Origin: Akkermansiaceae bacterium
GTDB lineage: Bacteria > Verrucomicrobiota > Verrucomicrobiia > Verrucomicrobiales > Akkermansiaceae
Direction: 5' to 3'
NCBI GenBank assembly: GCA_037620805.1
Contig: JASJLI010000099.1
Coordinates: forward strand, 3,211-67,210
DNA length: 64,000 nt
Both the position numbers and the translations under genes were made by a program. Positions 47,675 to 56,125 of the stretch are shown piece by piece. The notes beneath the pieces are model-generated. The model ran no database searches. It was given only the letters and a program-made list of their open reading frames with translations, and was not told the origin of the DNA. Each line of letters begins with the position of its first letter. Position 1 is the first letter of the stretch.

Positions 47675-49696
47675 ATGTTATTTCGTCCTATGCATACTCG
47701 TTTTAGCATATTTGTCGCACTGTTTTCCCCAGTAATACTTGGATGTCAGTCTGTGTCTGCGCAGGTAGCTGCGGCCGTTGATAATACGGTAATCAGCGAA
47801 ATCCACTACCATCCGCAGGATGTCTCCGATTATGAATTTTTGGAGTTCAAAAATACTTCGGGTGAAGCAGTTGATTTTTCTGGAGTCACTGTTTCCGGAG
47901 TATTCGATTTCACATTTCCGGCCAGCACCATTGTGCCTGTCGGTGGATATGTCGTTATCGTGCGGAATGCCACGTTGTTTGGGAACCGCTATACGCTTGC
48001 TAGCTCACCCTGGTATTTTTCGGGTATTCAGGTTGCCGGACAATGGCCACTTGGAGGTCTGAATAACATTACGGAGGAGATCGTAGTCAGGTCGGCTAGT
48101 AGTGCAGTCATCATGCAGTTTACTTATTTTGATAGCGGTGCGTGGCCGGGTAGGGCCGATGGCGATGGCAGTTCTGCGGAACTCGAGAACGTGGGTGAGG
48201 TTCCGACCACGCTGATTGAGAAAAATGCGTATCTTGCTAATGGGGACAATTGGCGTTCCACGAGCGAATTTCACGGTAATCCTGGTCGTGCAGGAGCGGG
48301 GCCTGATAACCGTGTGGTAGTTAATGAGATCCTTGCCCATTCCAATCTGCCGGATACGGATAGAATTGAGTTTTATAATAGGACTGGAGCTCCCATTGAT
48401 GTGAGAGGCTGGTATGTGAGTGACAGTGGCAATGAGCTGAAGAAATACCAAATACCAGCAGGTACGAATATTGCAGCCGGTGGTTTCCTCGTCATTGACG
48501 AGTCTGATTTTAATAATGCAACGAACACCAACAATCCCTTTCCGTTCGGATTGAGCTCATCTTCCGGGGATGATGTTTATTTAATGGAAGCGGATAGTTC
48601 TGGGAATCTTTTGACCTTTGTTGATCGGGTTGATTTCGGGGCCTCCAAGTCGAGTGAATCGTTTGGCCGTTGGCCTGATGCCACTGGTGATCTTTACCCT
48701 ATGTTGATCAGCACTTTTGGAATGTTCAATGAAAGTAATGGCAACCGCGTCAGAACCGGGCCTCTGGTGATTACGGAAATTCATTACAATCCTACTGGTG
48801 TAGATGACAATGTAGAGTTTGTTCAGATCTGTAATACGGGCGATACCACTGAGAATTTGGCCAATTGGAGGTTGCGCGGTGCAGTGGATTTTGATTTTCC
48901 CACCACCATCAATCTGGATGGCAAAGCCGTGTTATTACTGGTTGGCTTTGATCCTGCCGATACCGCGTTGACGAATGCGTTTCGCACTCGCTACGGCATA
49001 GGGGATGACATTCCGCTCTATGGGCCGTGGAATAATGCAGGTGTTGTTCCTGACTTCTTGGGGGATGCCGATGGAAGTTTACGATTACAAAGACCGGATG
49101 ATTTGGTGACGCCCATCGACGGCACTCCTGCTTTTTACCCAAGGCTGATTGAGGATACGGTCAATTACGAGTCTACCAGCCCTTGGCCCACAGAAGCGGC
49201 TGGTGGGGGTTCTTCTCTGCGGCGTATTGATACGTCCATTTACGGTGATGACCCTAACAGTTGGCGCGCCTTGCCCACCCCTTTGGGGGTGATGAGCTAT
49301 GACCAGTGGGTGGCTGCCAAGTTTCCCTCGGAGACTGCGGCTGGGGATTTATTGCCTGATGCCGACCCAGATCATGATGGCTGGAGTAATTTTGCGGAGT
49401 TCTCCTTTATGCTTGATCCACTCGCTTCTGAAGCCACTCAGGCTCACAGTGTCGATCATTCAGGTCTTCCCAATACGATGACGATTAGTTACCGCGCGCG
49501 CCCCGGGACTCATGACGTTCGCTACACTGTTGCCATATCAGCTGACTTAATCAATTGGGACCGTAGTGAGAGTAGTGTGACAGCTGTGTCGACAGTTTAT
49601 CAAGCTGATGGTTCCGACCTGGTTACAGTCAGTTATGCGCTTCCTGTGGAGGCGGTGGAGTTGCTATTCGTGCGCGTTGAAGCAGTGGAGAATTAA
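47675..49696 (+). CDS. Secreted protein with three lamin-tail (LTD) domains
   Basis: Signal peptide. Three LTD-like starts: VISEIHYHP...EFLEFKN, VVNEILAHS...RIEFYN, VITEIHYNP...EFVQICN. Confidence 0.8.
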   Translation: MLFRPMHTRFSIFVALFSPVILGCQSVSAQVAAAVDNTVISEIHYHPQDVSDYEFLEFKNTSGEAVDFSGVTVSGVFDFTFPASTIVPVGGYVVIVRNATLFGNRYTLASSPWYFSGIQVAGQWPLGGLNNITEEIVVRSASSAVIMQFTYFDSGAWPGRADGDGSSAELENVGEVPTTLIEKNAYLANGDNWRSTSEFHGNPGRAGAGPDNRVVVNEILAHSNLPDTDRIEFYNRTGAPIDVRGWYVSDSGNELKKYQIPAGTNIAAGGFLVIDESDFNNATNTNNPFPFGLSSSSGDDVYLMEADSSGNLLTFVDRVDFGASKSSESFGRWPDATGDLYPMLISTFGMFNESNGNRVRTGPLVITEIHYNPTGVDDNVEFVQICNTGDTTENLANWRLRGAVDFDFPTTINLDGKAVLLLVGFDPADTALTNAFRTRYGIGDDIPLYGPWNNAGVVPDFLGDADGSLRLQRPDDLVTPIDGTPAFYPRLIEDTVNYESTSPWPTEAAGGGSSLRRIDTSIYGDDPNSWRALPTPLGVMSYDQWVAAKFPSETAAGDLLPDADPDHDGWSNFAEFSFMLDPLASEATQAHSVDHSGLPNTMTISYRARPGTHDVRYTVAISADLINWDRSESSVTAVSTVYQADGSDLVTVSYALPVEAVELLFVRVEAVEN

Positions 49697-49794
49697 GTCA
49701 GCCTGCAAAGCCTGGTGATAGTTAGATTTGCCTGGTTTAACGGGATATGTTGCCTGTGATTATTGTTTGGGAAACAGCATAGATCACCACGATG

Positions 49795-52677
49795 TTAATG
49801 CGCTTCCAACCAGTTGCTACCGGTTCCCGTATCGACTTTGCACTGGATGTCGTGGGGGATAGGCATGGCATTTTCCATGGTGCGGACAATCTTCGGAACC
49901 AATGATTCCTGCTCACTGAGGTGGAGGTCGAAGAGGAGTTCATCGTGCACCTGCAGAAGCATTTTTGTTTTGGATTCTTCTTTGTCTAACAAATTACGAA
50001 CATTAATCATGGCGAATTTGATCATGTCGGCCGCACTTCCCTGAACGGGGGCGTTGATCGCTGCGCGTTCGGCACCATTTCGGACGGTGGCGTTTTTGGA
50101 ATCAATGTTTCTGATCCAGCACTTACGACCACTAATTGTTTCAACGTAGCCGTTCTCCGTGGCCGACTCGATGGTACGATCCATGTAGCCTTTGATACCA
50201 GGATACTGCTTGAAATAGGTTTCGATGATCTCGGCTGCTTCACTCCGTCCGATCCCAAGCCTCTGCGAGAGGCCGAAGGCAGAGATGCCGTAGATGATGC
50301 CGAAGTTAACCATCTTGGCATTGCGGCGCATTTCATCAGTAACGTCTTCGATGCCTACACCATACACGCGAGCAGCGGTGGCGGAGTGGATATCGAGGTC
50401 GTCCTTGATAGCTTGGATCATGGCCTCATCTCCAGAGAGCGCAGCCATGACGCGAAGCTCTACCTGTGAGTAGTCGGCAGCCAGTAGTGTGTGGTTTTTA
50501 TCCCTCGGCACAAAGGCCTTACGGATCTCCCGTCCAGCGGCAGAGCGCACTGGGATGTTTTGTAAATTGGGATCACTTGACGCGAGCCGACCCGTCGAGG
50601 CGAGCAGTTGGTGGAAGTGGGTGTGGACACGACCCGTGCGCTTGGAAACATGGGTCGGCAGGGCGTCGACGTAGGTTGACTTCAGCTTCGTCGCCTCCCG
50701 GTAGTCGAGAATGTTTGCGACGATCGGGTGTTTCGCTGACAGCCCGGAGAGTGTTTGCTCATCGGTTTTGAATTGGCCGGTCTTGGTCTTTTTCGGTTTT
50801 TCAACTAGTTCCATCTCACTAAAAAGAATTTCTCCAAGCTGTTTAGGCGAGTTCAGATTAAACTCACGCCCAGCGGCCTCGGTGATTTTCTCGGAGAGGT
50901 TGGAAATACGTATCGCCAGTCCGTCGCCGATATCCTTGAGTGCCCTCACGTCGAGAGAGATACCTTCGTTTTCCATGGCAACGAGCACAGGGAGTAGCGG
51001 GGCTTCGATGTCTAGATAGAGCTTTTTCTGACCACATTTTTCGAGTTCGGGGCGTAGTTTGGCGGCAATCTGCAAGGTGACATCCGCATCCTCTGCGGCG
51101 TATTCAGCGAGATCAGCGACGGGGATGAGGGACATGTTGATGTCCTTTTTCTTGCCCTTCTTTTTGACCGGCTTATTCTCAGCGTCCTCTTCCATGAGGC
51201 CAAAGAGATCATTTTCGGATTCAACGATTTTTTCTGCCAAATCCTGAAGCTTGACCGGAGTGTAGCCTAACAATGACTCGGAAACGAAGTCCATACCATG
51301 GCGCTGATCGGGTGATACGATGGTATGGATTAGCATGGTATCGAAAAACGGTCCGCTGACTTGGTAGTCGTGGGCAAGTAGCACCGAGAGATCATACTTC
51401 AGGTTGTGGCCAATTTTTTCCACCTTCGAGTGGAAAATGACTCCAAGCTTATCGAGTGCCATCTGAATCGTAAGGTTGCTACCTGGGCCCGTGTGAACGA
51501 AGTAGCCTTCGTGTGCAGTCGTAGAAAACGCGATACCCAGAATCTCACAACTTCGGGGGTCGAGAGAGGTGGTTTCAAGGTCGAAACATAGGTGGTCAAC
51601 CAGTGAGAGCTTCTTCACCAAGGTATGGAGATCATTTACGGTATCGATCAGTTGGTAGGAGTGCTCGACGTCGGCGATGGTTTTAAGATCGGCAAGCTGG
51701 GCAGCATCTGACTCACCATCGGCGGTAGCTGGATTTGAATCTGAAGTGCTTGAAGTGCTATTCGTTGTTGCGGTCTTCGCGGCATGGCCACGTCCCGCGA
51801 CGAAATCTTTGCCATAGAGGCGTTTGCCAATACCGTTGAATTCAAGCTCTGTGAGAATCGCTTTGACTTCATCATCATTGCGTCCTCCGATCAATAGATC
51901 GTCCCATGCGACATCGACAGGAACATCGAGAATAATGGTGGCGAGGTCTTTGGACAGGCGGGCTTGCTCGGCGAAGTTGATCAAGTTTTCCTTCTGCTTG
52001 CCTTTAAGCTGATCGGTCGACTCGAGGATTTTTTCGACAGAACCAAACTGAGCAACGAGTTTTTTAGCGGTTTTCTCACCGATGCCAGGGACGCCGGGAA
52101 TGTTATCCGAGGCATCACCCCAGAGGCCAAGAATATCGATGACTTGGGACGGTGATTCGATTTCCCAGTGCTTCTGAATGGCGGCGACATCCATGAGCTC
52201 GGGATTGCCACCACCTTTACCGGGTTTCCACATCGTCGTGGTGTCACTGACGAGCTGGGCGAAGTCTTTATCGGGGGTGACCATGTAGGTGTGGATCTCG
52301 CCCGTCTTATCAGCACGGTGGGCTAAGGTTCCGATGATGTCGTCCGCTTCATAGCCATCGAGTTCTATCACCGGGACGCCCATGGCAACGCAAAGGCGTT
52401 TAACATAGGGGATAGCCGTGGCGAGCTCCTCAGGCATCGCCTCGCGCTGAGCTTTATAGGGAGGATATTTTATATGCCGCACCGTAGGGGCACGGGTGTC
52501 AAAGGCGACCCCAACGTGGCTTGCGCTGTGGTTATCGACAATGTCTAACAAGGCATTGGTGAAGCCAAGAACCGCTGAAGTATTCAGGCCGCTACTGGTG
52601 AGAATAGGATTCCGGAAAAAGGCAAAGTGAGCTCGATAGACGAGCGCCATACCATCGAGGAGAAAGAGTCTATGCAT
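49795..52677 (-). CDS. polA: DNA polymerase I
   Basis: 5'-nuclease, 3'-5' exonuclease-like and polymerase domains (DYSQVELRV, QVHDEL). ATG at 52677 (MHRLFLLDGMALVYRAHFAF) is preferred over TTG at 52731. Confidence 0.97.
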   Translation of the reverse strand: MHRLFLLDGMALVYRAHFAFFRNPILTSSGLNTSAVLGFTNALLDIVDNHSASHVGVAFDTRAPTVRHIKYPPYKAQREAMPEELATAIPYVKRLCVAMGVPVIELDGYEADDIIGTLAHRADKTGEIHTYMVTPDKDFAQLVSDTTTMWKPGKGGGNPELMDVAAIQKHWEIESPSQVIDILGLWGDASDNIPGVPGIGEKTAKKLVAQFGSVEKILESTDQLKGKQKENLINFAEQARLSKDLATIILDVPVDVAWDDLLIGGRNDDEVKAILTELEFNGIGKRLYGKDFVAGRGHAAKTATTNSTSSTSDSNPATADGESDAAQLADLKTIADVEHSYQLIDTVNDLHTLVKKLSLVDHLCFDLETTSLDPRSCEILGIAFSTTAHEGYFVHTGPGSNLTIQMALDKLGVIFHSKVEKIGHNLKYDLSVLLAHDYQVSGPFFDTMLIHTIVSPDQRHGMDFVSESLLGYTPVKLQDLAEKIVESENDLFGLMEEDAENKPVKKKGKKKDINMSLIPVADLAEYAAEDADVTLQIAAKLRPELEKCGQKKLYLDIEAPLLPVLVAMENEGISLDVRALKDIGDGLAIRISNLSEKITEAAGREFNLNSPKQLGEILFSEMELVEKPKKTKTGQFKTDEQTLSGLSAKHPIVANILDYREATKLKSTYVDALPTHVSKRTGRVHTHFHQLLASTGRLASSDPNLQNIPVRSAAGREIRKAFVPRDKNHTLLAADYSQVELRVMAALSGDEAMIQAIKDDLDIHSATAARVYGVGIEDVTDEMRRNAKMVNFGIIYGISAFGLSQRLGIGRSEAAEIIETYFKQYPGIKGYMDRTIESATENGYVETISGRKCWIRNIDSKNATVRNGAERAAINAPVQGSAADMIKFAMINVRNLLDKEESKTKMLLQVHDELLFDLHLSEQESLVPKIVRTMENAMPIPHDIQCKVDTGTGSNWLEAH

Positions 52678-52864
52678 TGTGGGGAAAGTTTGCAGTGTTC
52701 GGATTAAATTTGAAAGAACAAAGGTGATCAAACAAGAGGGAATGCATTGGCCTGAGTAGGTGGCTTGACAGAGCTTTGTGGAGGACTCCGTCCAAAGCGA
52801 GGGAGCTCGTTGTGAATGGATGGCAAGGTCTTAGACGAACAAAGCGGCAGTTCGACGTGTCCTA

Positions 52865-53152
52865 TACCCATAAGTTTTGGGAGATCTCAGCTCCGGCAGG
52901 AGCGATAGATATTAACCGGTGGTGTCAACCACCGGATTTGGTGAAGCAATGTCATCTAGTCCCAGAGGGACGGCAGAGGTGTCATCGGAGAGTATGGGAT
53001 TATTCAAACTTCTGCCGATCCTCCAGAGCTTGATGAACCCACGACTGTATCCGGTGGTTCCGCTGTGCTTCGCCACCGGCTAATATCTATTACCCCTGCT
53101 GGGGTTGGAGCGGTGACGAGATCTTGAGAGGATGTTTTTTGACTTATGGGTA
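52865..53152. repeat. 288-nt nested inverted-repeat element (MITE-like or structured RNA locus)
   Basis: Outer arms TACCCATAAGT (52865-75) / ACTTATGGGTA (53142-52). GAGATCTC (52881-88) / GAGATCT (53118-24). Inner arms ATAGATATTAACCGGTGG (52905-22) / CCACCGGCTAATATCTAT (53073-90). Local hairpins at 52916-35 and 53051-79. Confidence 0.6.
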
Positions 53153-53185
53153 AAGGGCACGTTGAGCAGCAGCAGCCCAAATGAC

Positions 53186-53617
53186 TTAGGGCTGAATACC
53201 CTCTGTCCGTGCCTCCACGGCGAGCTCGAAGGCTTCGCGGTCGCCGTAGCGTTTGATGGAGAATTTGACACAGCGGCGTTGTCCAGGGGCAGGGGACCAG
53301 GTGGCTTGCCAGAAGAGGTAGCTCGTGCCGTTAGAGGCAACGACGGTAATCTTGGATACTCCGACAACTCCCGAGCTGTTTCGTTGCGACCTTTCGCAGA
53401 TGCGGGCGCGGTCGGTGACTTGTTCAAGAAGGGTGTCACGCCACTGACGGGCAGCCCGAAGGGCGAATTCTGGGTGACCATGAACTCGGTCGGCGAAGAA
53501 CTTGCCATACTTAATCCCCCTTCGCTGGATCCTGACCTGAAACCCATGTGTACCTGCACCCGGGAGGTCGATGCGGGCAATGGCGTAGTTCGGATCTGGA
53601 TTGCTTGGGTCGGGCAT
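53186..53617 (-). CDS. Protein with two AP2/ERF-type DNA-binding domains
   Basis: GFQVRIQRRGIKYGKFFADRVHGHPEFALRAARQWRD and GVSKITV...WQATWSPAPGQRRCVKFSIKRYGDREAFELAVEAR. The ATG at 53617 is preferred; the track ORF starts at TTG 53662. Confidence 0.7.
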   Translation of the reverse strand: MPDPSNPDPNYAIARIDLPGAGTHGFQVRIQRRGIKYGKFFADRVHGHPEFALRAARQWRDTLLEQVTDRARICERSQRNSSGVVGVSKITVVASNGTSYLFWQATWSPAPGQRRCVKFSIKRYGDREAFELAVEARTEGIQP

Positions 53618-53660
53618 AATGTAGCTTAGGGGGAATTTGCCATCGGAAGTGGTAAGAAGC

Positions 53661-53716
53661 AAGAGTCAAGAGTCGGGAGTCGGGAGTCGGGAGTCGGGAG
53701 TCAGGAGTCAGGAGTC
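53661..53716 (+). repeat. Tandem heptad array (AAGAGTC)2(GGGAGTC)4(AGGAGTC)2
   Basis: Eight contiguous 7-nt units read directly from the sequence. Confidence 0.95.
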
Positions 53717-53723
53717 CTGTCCG

Positions 53724-53758
53724 TCCACTATCCATTATCCATTATCCATTATCCATTC
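53724..53758 (+). repeat. Tandem heptad array TCCACTA (TCCATTA)3 TCCATTC
   Basis: Five contiguous 7-nt units, 51 nt upstream of the rlmI-like ATG. Confidence 0.95.
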
Positions 53759-53809
53759 TTCCGATCTATCTTGTGTTCAACACGAGTTCCTGCTTCAACG
53801 GTCTTCGCC

Positions 53810-54982
53810 ATGCCAGGAATTATTGTTTCACCACGCGCTCGAATTTTTCACGGACACGACTGGGTCTATGCCTCAGATATCAAGAAGACCTTTGGGGATC
53901 CCAAGCCAGGGGATGTGATTTCGTTGAAGGACTTTCGCGACCGACCTCTGGGCACAGCCATCTACAATCCCGAGTCGCAGATTGTCGCCCGTAGGATTTC
54001 CCGAAGAAAGCAGAAGCTGGATAAGGAGTTTTTTACACGTCGTATCGGTCAGGCGCTTGAGATGCGTGAGCGATCGGGTATAGATATTCGTCTCGCTCGT
54101 CTGGTCTGGAGTGAGTCGGATGGACTTCCAGGTGTGGTTGTGGACCGGTATGGTGACCATGTTGTTTTACAAACTCTTACTCTGGCGATGTATCTGAACC
54201 GTGAGTTAATTGCTGAAACGCTGAAGGAGGTTCTTAATCCTGAGTCGATCATTCTACGAAACGATTCACCGATGCTGGCTGCTGAGGGGATTGAGGAGGA
54301 AACCACGATGTTGTTTGGCGAGAAGCCAGAAAAATTTATCGTGGAGGCTCCCACTGTCGAAGGTGGAGTGAAGTTTGAAATTGATTTATTAGATGGGCAG
54401 AAGACGGGGCTTTATTTGGATCAGCTTGACGCGCATCGTGAGATCGCAAAATTGGCCAAGGGGAAGCGTGTGCTCGACTGTTTTTGTAACCAGGGAGGTT
54501 TTGCTCTAGCCTGTGCTAAGGCAGGAGCCGCTAGTGTGACCGCTGTGGATTCGTCTGCTCCTGCTATTGAGGCGACGATACGCAATGCCGAACTCAATGG
54601 AGTGGAAATCAATGCGGTGAAGCATAACGCCTTTGATTACCTGAAGCACTGTGAGGACCAGTATGACATTGTTATTCTCGACCCGCCTTCGTTTACTAAA
54701 AACAAGAAGAGCCTGATGAATGCCATGCGGGGTTATAAAGAGATCCATCTGCGCGGGATCAAGCTGCTGGATAAGGATGGTATTTTGGCGACGTATTGCT
54801 GCTCACATCACGCCACACGTGAGTTGTTTCTTCAAAACATTGTGTCGGCTTCAGTGGATGCAAAAAGGACTCTGCGTATGATTGCAAGCCATGGTCAGCG
54901 ACTTGACCATCCGGTGCTTCCTGCCATTCCCGAGACCGAGTATTTGAAGGGGTTTGTGTTGCAGTTGACGCCGTCGAGGTGA
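53810..54982 (+). CDS. Class I SAM-dependent rRNA methyltransferase (RlmI-like, PUA plus MTase domains)
   Basis: VLDCFCNQGGFAL, DPPSF, GYKEI; N-terminal PUA-like region. ATG at 53810. Confidence 0.85.
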   Translation: MPGIIVSPRARIFHGHDWVYASDIKKTFGDPKPGDVISLKDFRDRPLGTAIYNPESQIVARRISRRKQKLDKEFFTRRIGQALEMRERSGIDIRLARLVWSESDGLPGVVVDRYGDHVVLQTLTLAMYLNRELIAETLKEVLNPESIILRNDSPMLAAEGIEEETTMLFGEKPEKFIVEAPTVEGGVKFEIDLLDGQKTGLYLDQLDAHREIAKLAKGKRVLDCFCNQGGFALACAKAGAASVTAVDSSAPAIEATIRNAELNGVEINAVKHNAFDYLKHCEDQYDIVILDPPSFTKNKKSLMNAMRGYKEIHLRGIKLLDKDGILATYCCSHHATRELFLQNIVSASVDAKRTLRMIASHGQRLDHPVLPAIPETEYLKGFVLQLTPSR

Positions 54983-54986
54983 TGGA

Positions 54987-55021
54987 AATTTAAACTCCAA
55001 GTTTCAAACTCCAAATACCAA
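54987..55021 (-). repeat. 35-nt heptad array, inverted copy of 22802-22836 (32/35 identical)
   Basis: The minus strand reads TTGGTAT TTGGAGT TTGAAAC TTGGAGT TTAAATT. It starts 2 nt after the DUF2752 stop codon. Confidence 0.85.
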
Positions 55022-55023
55022 CC

Positions 55024-55443
55024 TTACGGAGCAAGTAGGGTGAAGGGGTAGGCGGGAATGTTTCGCAACACTGTGAACAGGGCTATGCCTGCGACACCGA
55101 GCCATATCCACTTCGGTCGGATGTTAGGCGTCTTTGGGGAAGGTTTACCGAGGATCGTGATTCGGACGATCAGGTAAAGTGACACACTCATGAAAATAAG
55201 AAACCCGCATAATAAAAGCGGGTTGTATGCCATGGCTGAAATCCAATCGCCGCCTATGATGTTCTCGGCACAGCGTGTGCCGCCGCAGCCTGGGCAATGG
55301 AAGCCTGTTAAGTTTCTAACACCACATTCTACGACAGAGCTATGCTCCGAGTTTCCCCGCCCGTCAGCGAGCGCGACAAAAAAATACATCCCTCCCAGCA
55401 CGACCCCAGCAGGGATCAGTGGCCAGAGACGGTGTGTCTTCAC
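55024..55443 (-). CDS. DUF2752-domain membrane protein
   Basis: CPGCGGTRC motif, 4 TM segments. Confidence 0.8.
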   Translation of the reverse strand: MKTHRLWPLIPAGVVLGGMYFFVALADGRGNSEHSSVVECGVRNLTGFHCPGCGGTRCAENIIGGDWISAMAYNPLLLCGFLIFMSVSLYLIVRITILGKPSPKTPNIRPKWIWLGVAGIALFTVLRNIPAYPFTLLAP

Positions 55444-55988
55444 GGCGAGTATGTGGATGAGCTGGCAGCTGCAAACACAATGGCGATGATAACCAATATC
55501 TGTAGAGCAATCCCAATATAGCCCGTAACGAGGCCCGCGATTGCCATACCCTTGCCTTGAATTGGAACGTGGCTGTTATTAATTTTCTTCATCGACATGT
55601 GACCGCAGATGACGGCGGGCAGTCCGAACAGCCCCCAGATATAGCAACTGATGATTGCAAGGATTCCGCAGACAAGACTAGCGATGGCCAGTCCATCCGT
55701 TGGGATTGCCGCGGCATAGGGAGCCTGGCCGGGATGAGTTTGCGGTGACGCATAGGGGGTGGCAGCACCAGGTGTGCCTTGGGCCACTGTCCCTTGGTTA
55801 GCAATTTGGTTAGTAACTTGAGCTGTTTGGAAATCAGGCACATCCTTCATGGGTATCCAATCAGTCATACCTTCACGCCAGATGATTGTATCCTGGGTGA
55901 TCTGTGCTGTTGAAATAAGGTTACGGATTTCCAAATCGGAAACCGGACCGTGCTGCGCGTTATCTTTACCGTAAAACCAGTTTGCCAT
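55440..55988 (-). CDS. GYF_2 (DUF4339) domain plus DUF4190-like membrane domain protein
   Basis: WFYGKDNAQHGPVSDLEIRNLISTAQITQDTIIWREGMTDWIPMKDVPDF is a complete GYF_2 domain. 4-nt overlap with the DUF2752 gene. ATG at 55988. Confidence 0.75.
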   Translation of the reverse strand: MANWFYGKDNAQHGPVSDLEIRNLISTAQITQDTIIWREGMTDWIPMKDVPDFQTAQVTNQIANQGTVAQGTPGAATPYASPQTHPGQAPYAAAIPTDGLAIASLVCGILAIISCYIWGLFGLPAVICGHMSMKKINNSHVPIQGKGMAIAGLVTGYIGIALQILVIIAIVFAAASSSTYSP

Positions 55989-56125
55989 GATGGCGATAGC
56001 ATCCCCGAAAGCTGGGGTTGATGCAATACCGAAGTTGTGCCGAAGTTGTAAGTTGTTGACCATTCGTGCAAAGTCTCAGAATTTGATGTTGCAGAAGTGT
56101 TTGAGACGACACTTACTCATTAAGT

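Noticed and set aside
52776-53033. An 85-aa ORF in the polA/AP2 gap, and overlapping ORFs 53080..53580 (-) and 53132..53629 (+).
   Set aside because: The translation of the first is Arg/Trp/Cys-rich with no motif, and it coincides with the nested inverted repeats. The other two are alternative frames of the AP2 gene.
53661-53758. CRISPR array, considered for the tandem-repeat tracts here and at 19476-19617.
   Set aside because: The units are only 7 nt, contiguous and without unique spacers, and there are no cas genes in the window. These are microsatellite-like arrays.
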